DNA of 64,000 nt from Patescibacteria group bacterium (GCA_041662625.1 JBAZSB010000001.1:855710-919709), one strand, 5' to 3'. Shown: positions 47,523 to 56,076, counted from the stretch's first letter. Notes: generated by a model not told the origin, from the sequence alone. Translations and numbers: made by a program.

Positions 47523-50273
47523 TTAGATTTTTTTCAGTTCTCCCCAGTTCTCCCCGACTTCTACCTCCACGGCAATTGGTGCCCGCAGTTCATAGATTTT
47601 TTCCATAGTCTTTTGGACAAACTCAGCGACTTTTTTCAGATCATTTTGGGGCACTTCAAAAACCAGTTCATCATGAACTTGTAAAATCATTTTGGTTTTG
47701 GGAGAAATGGTTTCTAACTCTTGATGAATTTTAATCATGGCAAGTTTCATCAGATCAGCAGCCGTACCTTGAATAGGATGGTTAATAGCCATGCGTTCGG
47801 CCGAAGAAGCAATCGGCTGAATGTTGGAATTAATTTCTGGTAAATAGCGGCGGCGGCCAAAGAAAGTTTCTACATAACCTTTTTTTCTGGCTAATTCTTT
47901 GGTCTGTTCGAGGTAATTATAAATGTCGCGATGAATGGTAAAATAGCGATCAATGAAATCACGGGCTTGGCCATAAGTTATGCCGGTACCGGCAGCCAAA
48001 CCATGCGGTCCTTGGCCATAGATAATGCCAAAGTTTACCGCTTTTGCGGCATAGCGCATTTGTTTTGTGACTTTTTCTAAAGGTACCTGGTTGATTTCCG
48101 CTGCTGTTCGGGAATGGATATCCTCATTTTTTTTGAAGCTTTCAATCATTCTTTTGTCGTTGGCAAGCGAAGCAATAATCCGCAGTTCAATTTGGGAGTA
48201 ATCAGCTGCCAGAATTTTAAAGCCGCGTGGGGCCACAAAAGCTTTACGGATTTGCTGGCCCAGTTCGGTTCGGATCGGAATATTTTGTAAATTAGGTTCA
48301 GAAGAAGAAAGTCGGCCGGTGGCAGTTATCGTTTGGTTAAAGCTGGTGTGAATCCGGCCGGACAGATCAACCAGTTTAGGCAAAGCATCAAGGTAAGTTG
48401 ATTTCAGTTTAGCCAGTTCGCGGTATTTAATGATTAAATCAATAATTTTATGCTGGCCCCTTAATTTTTCCAGTTCATCGGCAGCGGTAGAAATTCCGGT
48501 TTTGGTGTGGCCAAGGCCTTGGGTGGAAATTTTTAATTTATTAAAAAGGATTTCTTTGAGTTGCAAGGGGGAGGCAATATTAAATTTGGTGCTGGCCAGC
48601 TGGTAAATCTTTTTTTCGAGTTCAACTAAATCCTGATCAACGTGGCGACTCATTTTTTTCAAAAAAGTGGTATCAACCAAAATGCCGTCTTTTTCCATTT
48701 GGGCTAAAACCGGAATTAAGGGCACTTCAATTTTTTGCAAAAGACCCAAATTGTTTTTTTCTTCGAGTTGCTTGGTTAAAGGTTTAACCAGGCGCCAGGT
48801 GAAATCAGCGTCTTCGCCAGAGTACCAAGCGACTTTTTCCAGCGGGACTTCTTTGAGAGTAATTTGATCCTTACCTTTTTTGCCGATTAGGTCGGTGATG
48901 GGCTGCATTTGGTAACCTAGTTCAGTGAAAACCAGCCCGTCTAAATTATGCTGCCGGCTGCCGGGGTTAATTAAGTAAGAGGCAATCATGGTGTCAAAAA
49001 CAACGCCTTTTAATTCCAGGCCAGCCGTCTGCAGGGTTTCCAGATCAAATTTAATATTATGCCCGACTTTTTTAATTTGGGGATCAGCTAAAATTGGTTT
49101 AATAATTTCTAGCCAGGCTCGTTGAGCCGGTAAATAGTAGGCAATCCCCGCTTGCCAGCAAAAACTGATGCCTAAAAGTTCGGCGTTAAACTGGTCCAGG
49201 CCGGAAGTTTCCGTATCCAAAGCGAAGATTTTTTGTTTTTTTAGTTCGCTAACAAATTTTTTGAAATCAGCTTCAGCTTTGATTAATTGGTAGTTGGCAT
49301 TTGCAGGCCTGGCGCCGCCATCGCGTTTTCCCGCTCGGTCTTGGTCACTAAATTCAAACCGGCCTTGGCCCGGGATGGTGCCTTTTTGCAAATCCTTTGG
49401 TAATTTGTTAATTAGAGACTTAAATTCTAATTCCTGAAAAAGCGGAATGACTTTACCCACGTCATAGGGGCGGACTTTGGCGTCTTCCAGCTTAAATTTG
49501 ATTGGCACGTCAAAAATCAGCTGGCTGAGCTTTTTTGACATCAAAGCTTCTTTTTTTTGCTCTGAAAGCAAAGCGCGGTAGCGGTCCGGGATTTTTTTTG
49601 CTTCTAAATTTTTATATAAATTATCCAAAGTTTTAAATTCTTTAAGCAGGGTAATTGCCCCTTTTTCACCAATTCCTTTAACCCCGGGAATGTTATCTGA
49701 GGGGTCGCCGCGCAAAGCTTTGTAATCAACCATTTGCTCTGGCGTCAAACCTTCAAACCGGCGTTTAACTTCGGCGATATCGTAAGTCAGGGTGTCGGAG
49801 ATTCCTTTATGCATGGTATAAACTTCAGTGTTTTGGTCAACCAGTTGTAAAGTGTCCAAGTCACCGGTGACAATAATAGTCAGTAAGTCTTGGACTGATT
49901 TATCTTTAACCAAAGTGGCAATCACATCATCAGCTTCAAAACCTTCTTTTTCGTAAATTGGCAGGTTAAAAGCTTTGACCACTTCTTTGACTTTAGGAAT
50001 TTGAGCGTAGAGTTCGTCGGGTTGTTTTATCCGGGTCGCTTTGTATTCTTTGTATTCTTTATGGCGAAATGTCGGGGCTTTCAAATCAAAAGTCACGGCT
50101 AAATAATCCGGCTTTAAATCTTTTAGGACTTTAAGCAGAATCATGGTAAAGCCGTAGACCGCATTAACAATTTCGCCGGACTTAGTCTGCAAAGTCGGTG
50201 GCAAAGCGTGCCAGGCGCGGTGGAGCAAAGCATTGCCATCAATGATGATAAATTTATCCTTTTTTGAGCTCAT
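47523..50273 (-). CDS. polA: DNA polymerase I
   Basis: 5'-3' exonuclease (EADD, GDPSDNIPGV), 3'-5' exonuclease (DTET), polymerase (DYSQIELR, KAVNFGIIYG, QVHDEL). Confidence 0.98.
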   Translation of the reverse strand: MSSKKDKFIIIDGNALLHRAWHALPPTLQTKSGEIVNAVYGFTMILLKVLKDLKPDYLAVTFDLKAPTFRHKEYKEYKATRIKQPDELYAQIPKVKEVVKAFNLPIYEKEGFEADDVIATLVKDKSVQDLLTIIVTGDLDTLQLVDQNTEVYTMHKGISDTLTYDIAEVKRRFEGLTPEQMVDYKALRGDPSDNIPGVKGIGEKGAITLLKEFKTLDNLYKNLEAKKIPDRYRALLSEQKKEALMSKKLSQLIFDVPIKFKLEDAKVRPYDVGKVIPLFQELEFKSLINKLPKDLQKGTIPGQGRFEFSDQDRAGKRDGGARPANANYQLIKAEADFKKFVSELKKQKIFALDTETSGLDQFNAELLGISFCWQAGIAYYLPAQRAWLEIIKPILADPQIKKVGHNIKFDLETLQTAGLELKGVVFDTMIASYLINPGSRQHNLDGLVFTELGYQMQPITDLIGKKGKDQITLKEVPLEKVAWYSGEDADFTWRLVKPLTKQLEEKNNLGLLQKIEVPLIPVLAQMEKDGILVDTTFLKKMSRHVDQDLVELEKKIYQLASTKFNIASPLQLKEILFNKLKISTQGLGHTKTGISTAADELEKLRGQHKIIDLIIKYRELAKLKSTYLDALPKLVDLSGRIHTSFNQTITATGRLSSSEPNLQNIPIRTELGQQIRKAFVAPRGFKILAADYSQIELRIIASLANDKRMIESFKKNEDIHSRTAAEINQVPLEKVTKQMRYAAKAVNFGIIYGQGPHGLAAGTGITYGQARDFIDRYFTIHRDIYNYLEQTKELARKKGYVETFFGRRRYLPEINSNIQPIASSAERMAINHPIQGTAADLMKLAMIKIHQELETISPKTKMILQVHDELVFEVPQNDLKKVAEFVQKTMEKIYELRAPIAVEVEVGENWGELKKI

Positions 50274-50354
50274 AGTAAATTAAGCGAGTTCAGTAAATTA
50301 AGCGAGTTAAGTCCACTTAATTTACTGAACTCGCTGAACTCGCTTAATTTACTT
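50273..50354. repeat. Periodic 9-mer repeat palindrome
   Basis: agtaaatta/agcgagtt units followed by exact reverse complements. Confidence 0.8.
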
Positions 50355-50463
50355 ATTATATTATACCATTTTCCTTTTAATAAATCCTTGGCTAAATAAA
50401 AACCCCTGGTGGGCTTGCGCACGCACCAGGAGGTGAATACAGTTCGAGTTCAGCGGACTTGGT

Positions 50464-50811
50464 TCAGCCCACTTGTCTAATCCTCCGCAGCAAAGCTTGG
50501 GGGTGATAGGGCTTCCAGACGATAGCCTGCACTCCGGCTTGCTGACAACGATCGGCCAGCGATCTATCCACCCCTTTATCTAGGGTGACAATCACTGGAT
50601 AGTTCGGCCAGGCTGCCTTGACTAGTTCCAGGTTACCAATACCTTGGTCATCCGGAACGTGTAGGACTATGACCGTTGGTCCGTCAGTCGTCAGGTTAAC
50701 ATCACTGACTTTCTGGTTCAGCGAAACCGGAAAACCCGCCGCCTGAAGGGTATTGGCCACGCCACCCAGACTAAGGCTTTCGCCAATGAACACTACTTTT
50801 GGTTTTTCCAT
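50464..50811 (-). CDS. Receiver-like (CheY fold) protein, probably non-phosphorylatable
   Basis: PVIVT...AGVQAIVWKPY; no Asp at the expected position (VIVLHVPD); SD GGAGG. Confidence 0.6.
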   Translation of the reverse strand: MEKPKVVFIGESLSLGGVANTLQAAGFPVSLNQKVSDVNLTTDGPTVIVLHVPDDQGIGNLELVKAAWPNYPVIVTLDKGVDRSLADRCQQAGVQAIVWKPYHPQALLRRIRQVG

Positions 50812-50832
50812 CGCTGTTTCCTCCGCGATGAT

Positions 50833-51801
50833 TTAGTTCGGGATCAGCCCCAGTTCGTCCAGCACCCGCTTCAGAATCGCAGTGTTGGCCGGTTGCATCG
50901 GGACCAGCGGTAGTCTGAAACAGGCTTTCTCGATCACTTTCCTCTGGGCAAGAGCCTCTTTCACGCCCAACGGGTTGGTCTCGATGAAAAGACCTCCTTT
51001 ACCGAAGAGTGTTTCCAGTCGGTGGTGGATGGCAAAGCCAGCCGCTCGGTCATCACATATTTGGCCGTTAGCCGCAGCGAAGTGGTCAACCATAACCTTG
51101 ACTTGGTCAGTGATGCAGGATGCGACTGAAATCACACCGTTGCAGTCGCCAGTCGCCATGACTTGAGCCGTGATGCCGTCATCACCAGACCAGATGACAA
51201 AGTCCGCTGGGCATTGTTTCCGTAAGGCAGCGAAGCGAGCCGGGTCACCTTCAGCTTCTTTGTGGCCGATGTAATGGGGGAATTCCCGAGCCAGTTCGAC
51301 AATCACCTCGACTGGAATGGGTCCGCCGCCGGTCCGTGCCGAAACCGAGTAGCTGATGAAGGGGATACCGAGTTTGGCGATGGCTCGGAAATGCGCCAGC
51401 ACACCCTCCGGCGTGGGGTTGTTGTAGTACGGCTTTACGATCAAAACCGCATTGGCGCCAGCTTCGGCCGCTCTCCTGGTTAGCCAGATCGCCTCCTTGG
51501 TGCTGTTGGCACCAGTGCCAGCGATAACCGGAACGCGACCGTCGACCGTACCGATGGTCCAGGAAATGTAGGCGAGTTGTTCTTCATGACTCATGGTCGC
51601 CGGCTCGCCCGTGGTGCCGGCCGCCAGGATGGCGTCGTTGCGGCATGGGTCGATGAGATGGTCAATCAGTTTGGCCTGCTGCGCAAAATCGATTGGCGCA
51701 TCATCTGGTCCCAAGCCATTACTGGCATAGACCGTGGGCATTGCTGGGATACAGCGCAAAGCCCTGGCTGTCTTTCTGGTCAGTAGCTCATGTGGTTTCA
51801 T
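50833..51801 (-). CDS. dapA: Dihydrodipicolinate synthase (DapA) family
   Basis: GTTGE, IAGTGANST, PYYN, HKEA, SGDD, LFIETNP. Confidence 0.85.
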   Translation of the reverse strand: MKPHELLTRKTARALRCIPAMPTVYASNGLGPDDAPIDFAQQAKLIDHLIDPCRNDAILAAGTTGEPATMSHEEQLAYISWTIGTVDGRVPVIAGTGANSTKEAIWLTRRAAEAGANAVLIVKPYYNNPTPEGVLAHFRAIAKLGIPFISYSVSARTGGGPIPVEVIVELAREFPHYIGHKEAEGDPARFAALRKQCPADFVIWSGDDGITAQVMATGDCNGVISVASCITDQVKVMVDHFAAANGQICDDRAAGFAIHHRLETLFGKGGLFIETNPLGVKEALAQRKVIEKACFRLPLVPMQPANTAILKRVLDELGLIPN

Positions 51802-51925
51802 CGTTTACTACTCCTTCTCGGTTACTGGGATTTACTCCCAATCTAAGTCCAATTGTCAATATTACCTGGTAATTTAGTTTAGACTATTTTGTTGTTTTTA
51901 GTCAATATTTCTGTTAAAATTAGAT

Positions 51926-51993
51926 TAAGTAAATCAAGCTGGCAAGTTAGTAAGCAGCTTGATTTACTGATTAACTTGCTAGCTTGATTTACT
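51926..51993. repeat. Periodic repeat palindrome
   Basis: agtaaatcaagct...agcttgatttact (the latter twice). Confidence 0.65.
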
Positions 51994-52000
51994 AACCAAA

Positions 52001-54373
52001 ATGTTTCTTCAGAAAATCGAAATTCACGGCTTCAAATCGTTTGCTCAAAAAACTATTTTAGAATTTCCACGGCCCGGCCAGGGCTGTCCTTTAGTTAGAA
52101 ACACCGGGCGAAGCGGCGAACCTAACCAGTTAGGCCAGGGACTGTGTGGTATCGCCTGTATTGTCGGTCCCAACGGTTCAGGCAAATCCAATATTGTCGA
52201 TTCCATCCGCTGGGTTTTGGGCGAGCAAAGTTTAAAAAGCCTGCGCGGCAAAAAATCCCAGGATATAATTTTTGCCGGTTCGGAAAAAAAGGCCAAACTT
52301 GGGTTAGCCCAGGTGTCTTTACATATCAATAATGAAGACGGCGCTATGCCGTTTGATTACCCGGAAGTGGTAATTTCCCGCAAACTTTACCGGAGCGGCG
52401 AAAGTGAATATTGGATCAATAAAAGCCGGGTGCGGCTCCAGGATATTTTACTTTTGGTGGCTAAAGCAAATTTTGGTCAGAAAAGTTACAGCATTGTTTC
52501 TCAGGGTTCGATTGATCAAGTGATTATGGCTAACCCCAATGAACGCAAAGATTATTTTGATGAAGCGGTTGGGGTCAAAGAGTTTCAGCTCAAGCGGGAC
52601 CAGTCTTTGAATAAATTGGAGAGTGCTTGGAACAATTTACGGCAAGTTGATGCTTTGTTAACCGAGATTAAACCCCGCTTAAATTCTTTAACGCGGCAGG
52701 TGCGCCGACTCGAAAAGCGGGAAAAGATTGAAGCCGAACTTAAAACCGTCCAGCAGCAATATTACGGCTGGCTTTGGCAGGAGTTGAATAATAAAATTAA
52801 AAAACTTAAGCCCGAGCTAGAAAACGGTGAATCAAACCTGGCCGCTTTTATCAAGGAATTAAAAGAAGTCCAGGCCCAGCTTCAGTCTTTGGAAAAAGAA
52901 GATTCAAGAAGTAAAATTTTTAATGACTTGCAGCAAAAATACCAGCAGGCTTTGGACCAAAAAAATAAACTGCGGGAAGAGCAGCTGATTTTACAAAATA
53001 AAATTGAACTAGCCCAGCAGCGCCTGATTGAAAAAGCCGTGCCAATGAGCCTAGCGGAAATCATTTCTAAATTAAAGGAAATTGATGAAACTGAGCAGAA
53101 GATTTTGGCTAATTTGGAGAGTAAAGAACCGGCTCAATTAGCTCAGCTTAAAGAAGATATCCGGGAGCTTGGTCGGCTGATTAAAGATTTGCGGCAGCAA
53201 TTAGAAGATCCCAAAATTAAAGAAAAAGTTAAAGCCGAAGTTGATCAAGATTTAGTTAACGATTTAAAAGAAGTGGAAACAGATTTAATAGACGTCACTA
53301 AACGACTGGAAACCAGTCGGCAAGATATTGAAAATTTCAATCAGCAAGAAGAAAAGAAAAAAGGTAAATTTTTTGAACTGCAGCGCCAAATTACCAGTAA
53401 ACAAAATCAGTATAATCAGTTGGCCGGCCAAGTTTCTGAACTGCGGGTGGAAATGGCTAAACTGGAAACTCGTCAGCAGGATTTAAAACAGGAAATCAAA
53501 GGTGAAATGCAGGATTTACAATGGCTCGATAGTTTTGCCGCTGGCAAAATCAATGAGCCAGAACTTCATACCGAAATGATCCATCTCAAGCGGCAGCTGG
53601 AATTGATTGGCGGAGTTGATCCCGAAACCGTCAAAGAGTATCAGGAAACCAAAGAGCGCCATGATTTCTTGGCCGAGCAAGCTGAAGATTTAAGGCAATC
53701 GATTAATTCTTTGGAAAAAGTCATCAATGATTTGGATGATAAAATCCAGCTTCAGTTTGATACGGCTTTTAAACACATTAATCAGGAATTTTCTAAATTC
53801 TTCAAGGTTTTATTTGGTGGCGGCAAGGCTGAGTTGTTCTTGATAAAAGAAGATTTAAGTAATGAGAGCGATCAGCGATCAGTAAGCAGCGATCAGCCAG
53901 CCGAAACCGAATCAGATGGTGAGCAACAGCCCGGCATTTTAGACAAGCTGATGGCAGCCGAAGAAAATTTAAGTCTCAAGAGATTTTTGAAAAAAAAGAC
54001 CGGCAAAGTCATTACTGGCATTGATATCACGGCAACTCCGCCGGGCAAAAAAGTTTCTTCAATTAATATGCTTTCCGGCGGTGAACGGTCGCTGGCTTCC
54101 ATTGCCTTGATTTGTGCGGTGATTGCCAATAACCCTTCACCCTTTGTGATTCTTGATGAAGTTGACGCGGCTTTAGATGAAGCCAATTCTCAGCGCTTTT
54201 CCCAAATCATCACTGAGCTTTCTCATAAAACTCAGTTTATTGTTATTACTCACAATCGTTCAACCATGCATCAGGCTAATATTTTGTATGGTGTGACTAT
54301 GGGCGAAGATGGGATTTCAAAACTAATCAGTTTGAAAATGGAAGAAGCTCAGAGGATGGTCAGGCCGAATTGA
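52001..54373 (+). CDS. smc: Short SMC-family ATPase
   Basis: GFKSF, GPNGSGKSN, Q-loop SQG, LSGGE, ILDEVDAALD, ITH; only 790 aa. Confidence 0.9.
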   Translation: MFLQKIEIHGFKSFAQKTILEFPRPGQGCPLVRNTGRSGEPNQLGQGLCGIACIVGPNGSGKSNIVDSIRWVLGEQSLKSLRGKKSQDIIFAGSEKKAKLGLAQVSLHINNEDGAMPFDYPEVVISRKLYRSGESEYWINKSRVRLQDILLLVAKANFGQKSYSIVSQGSIDQVIMANPNERKDYFDEAVGVKEFQLKRDQSLNKLESAWNNLRQVDALLTEIKPRLNSLTRQVRRLEKREKIEAELKTVQQQYYGWLWQELNNKIKKLKPELENGESNLAAFIKELKEVQAQLQSLEKEDSRSKIFNDLQQKYQQALDQKNKLREEQLILQNKIELAQQRLIEKAVPMSLAEIISKLKEIDETEQKILANLESKEPAQLAQLKEDIRELGRLIKDLRQQLEDPKIKEKVKAEVDQDLVNDLKEVETDLIDVTKRLETSRQDIENFNQQEEKKKGKFFELQRQITSKQNQYNQLAGQVSELRVEMAKLETRQQDLKQEIKGEMQDLQWLDSFAAGKINEPELHTEMIHLKRQLELIGGVDPETVKEYQETKERHDFLAEQAEDLRQSINSLEKVINDLDDKIQLQFDTAFKHINQEFSKFFKVLFGGGKAELFLIKEDLSNESDQRSVSSDQPAETESDGEQQPGILDKLMAAEENLSLKRFLKKKTGKVITGIDITATPPGKKVSSINMLSGGERSLASIALICAVIANNPSPFVILDEVDAALDEANSQRFSQIITELSHKTQFIVITHNRSTMHQANILYGVTMGEDGISKLISLKMEEAQRMVRPN

Positions 54374-54517
54374 GGAAGAAGTGAATAAAGTTGATATAGC
54401 GATAAAGCGATAGAGTGAATAGAGCGATCGGCGATCAAGTCAGCTTTGTGGAGCTGACTTTTTGAAAAAAGAAGTTGAAAATGGTTTTAAAAAAATAAGG
54501 CACCTCCGCAGAAGCGC

Positions 54518-54847
54518 CTATATTGGCTGGAGTTCGAAGACGAGAACACCGAGTCGACTAACATCACCCTTAAGTACTTCCCTCAGAGCAGCCAGAAGGG
54601 CATCCTGCTCCGTATCAGGATTAGGATAGATGCGTCGATAGTCCTCTGTTTTGAGGGCATCTTCTAGTGTGGGATACTCCCGGATGCCCGTGACTTTTCT
54701 TCCGTGTCTATTGTTAAAGATTATGGTATCTCCAACTTTAACCTCCCTGAAGATACGGTGTCCAAGTCGGATCTCCAAATCTTTGCTGCCGTCCTCGATG
54801 AACGGCAGCACAAGACGCATCACGAACCAACTGTGCGTTGCCGACAT
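54518..54847 (-). CDS. ASCH domain protein
   Basis: IEDGSKDLEIRL, KVGDTIIF; SD AGGAGG. Confidence 0.85.
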   Translation of the reverse strand: MSATHSWFVMRLVLPFIEDGSKDLEIRLGHRIFREVKVGDTIIFNNRHGRKVTGIREYPTLEDALKTEDYRRIYPNPDTEQDALLAALREVLKGDVSRLGVLVFELQPI

Positions 54848-54966
54848 CTTAAGCCCTCCTTGTTGAAATGGATTGCAGTAAAAGAGATTATCATTTTTTA
54901 TCTAGGTTGTCAATTGAAATATGATTGGATCTTGACTATTCTATTGGGGTATGTAATAATGTCATT

Positions 54967-55060
54967 ACTTAATTACCTGTGGTAATTAGGGCAAAGGTTG
55001 AAAAGCTCACCGCCCCGGCTTTAAATGGGACGACTAATTAATTCATAGGTTATTTTTTTT
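54967..55060 (+). promoter_or_regulatory. Candidate structured leader / small RNA upstream of rpsP
   Basis: Downstream of a TTGACT-17-AATAAT promoter; alternative stems; ends in T8. Confidence 0.4.
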
Positions 55061-55146
55061 ACGCAAATGTTGCAAATTAATGCGAATAACACCGATAAGC
55101 AATTCGCATAATTTGCAGGTATTCGTGTAATTAGCATCCTAAAACT

Positions 55147-55656
55147 ATGTTAAAAATCAGACTTGCCAGAATTGGCAAAAAGAAAAAACCAACTTACCGC
55201 TTTATTGTTTCCGAAGCCGGCCGAGATACTTATGGCAAAGCTTTGGAGATTTTGGGTTCTTATAATCCATTTTCCAAAGTCTGCGACGTCAAAAAAGACC
55301 GGATTTTGTACTGGATTTCTAAAGGTGCTCAAGCTTCACCAACCGCCCACAATCTGTTAGTTGACCAAAATGTGATTAGTGGTGCCAAACTAAAAGCTTC
55401 CAAGGGTGGCAAAAAGAAAGACGCGGAAGTAGCCGCGGAAAAAAACGCAGAAGGAAACGCGCCTTTCGACTCCGCTCAAGGCGCCTCGAGCGCAGTCGAG
55501 ATGGCGGAAAGTAAAGCTGAAGTTAAGGTAGCCGCGGAAACCGCGGAAAAGCCTGCCGAAAAAGTTGCAGAAAATACAGAAGTCAAAGTGGAAGAAAAGA
55601 AAGAAGAAAAGGTGGAAGAGAAAACTGAAGCTAAACCGGCTGAACCAGCAGCTTAG
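55147..55656 (+). CDS. rpsP: 30S ribosomal protein S16 with long Ala/Glu/Lys tail
   Basis: MLKIRLARIGKKKKPTYR...LGSYNP...GAQASPT. Confidence 0.97.
   Translation: MLKIRLARIGKKKKPTYRFIVSEAGRDTYGKALEILGSYNPFSKVCDVKKDRILYWISKGAQASPTAHNLLVDQNVISGAKLKASKGGKKKDAEVAAEKNAEGNAPFDSAQGASSAVEMAESKAEVKVAAETAEKPAEKVAENTEVKVEEKKEEKVEEKTEAKPAEPAA
55462..55500. repeat. REP-like unit pair inside rpsP
   Basis: cctttcgactccgctcaagg followed by the near-inverted ctcgagcgcagtcgag. Confidence 0.55.
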
Positions 55657-55677
55657 CAAAAACATTTCATTAAATTG

Positions 55678-55708
55678 AAGGCGGCATCTTGCGATGCTGT
55701 CTTTTTTT
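55678..55708 (+). terminator. Intrinsic terminator after rpsP
   Basis: aaggcggcatc-ttgc-gatgctgtctt followed by a T run. Confidence 0.8.
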
Positions 55709-55716
55709 AGTCTCGT

Positions 55717-55744
55717 TTGACATTATTATTAGTCGTGCTAAGAT
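55717..55744 (+). promoter_or_regulatory. Sigma70-type promoter of the serA leader
   Basis: TTGACA-16 bp-TAAGAT with TG extension. Confidence 0.7.
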
Positions 55745-55754
55745 AGGAATATGA

Positions 55755-55877
55755 CCCGGTAGTGATCCCCCCACTTTTATATGTGGGATCACAAACGGGT
55801 GAGATATAAAAAATTATAATTAATATTATTAATAGATAACTCCCATAATTAAAAAAGTGGGGGGGACTACTACCGGG
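55755..55877. mobile_element. MITE copy 1
   Basis: ~24-bp TIRs cccggtagtgatccccccactttt / aaaagtgggggggactactaccggg; flanked by the direct repeat tatga. Confidence 0.85.
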
Positions 55878-55878
55878 T

Positions 55879-55980
55879 ATGAAAATTAACCTTAGCCAAA
55901 ATTCAAGCTGGTCAAATGGTTCAAGCTCAAGCAGTTCATCATGCTGCCGCTTTTTTGGTGGAAGGTTAATTTCTGGCTAA
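55879..55980 (+). CDS. Serine-rich leader peptide (33 aa) upstream of serA
   Basis: MKINLSQNSSWSNGSSSSSSSCCRFFGGRLISG*; 12 Ser codons. Confidence 0.8.
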   Translation: MKINLSQNSSWSNGSSSSSSSCCRFFGGRLISG

Positions 55981-56005
55981 ATCATAGACCAATTCAGATA
56001 GAAAC

Positions 56006-56037
56006 CAACCTTTCACCAGAAAGGTTGTTTGTTTTTT
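56006..56037 (+). terminator. Attenuator terminator (3:4 hairpin)
   Basis: caacctttc-acca-gaaaggttg + tttgtttttt, between the leader ORF and serA. Confidence 0.85.
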
Positions 56038-56076
56038 AGGGAGGAATAGTTCTTCAACAAACAAGGAGTTGGTGCC

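Noticed and set aside
51802-51910. Lysine leader peptide or riboswitch before dapA
   Set aside because: Checked by analogy to serA. No Lys-rich uORF, terminator or sufficient length was found.
54989-55032. c-di-GMP-I riboswitch or SRP RNA
   Set aside because: Only GGCAAA and a GAAA loop match. The GACGCAAAGC second stem and the SRP CAGG...GGAA...AGCAG motif are absent.
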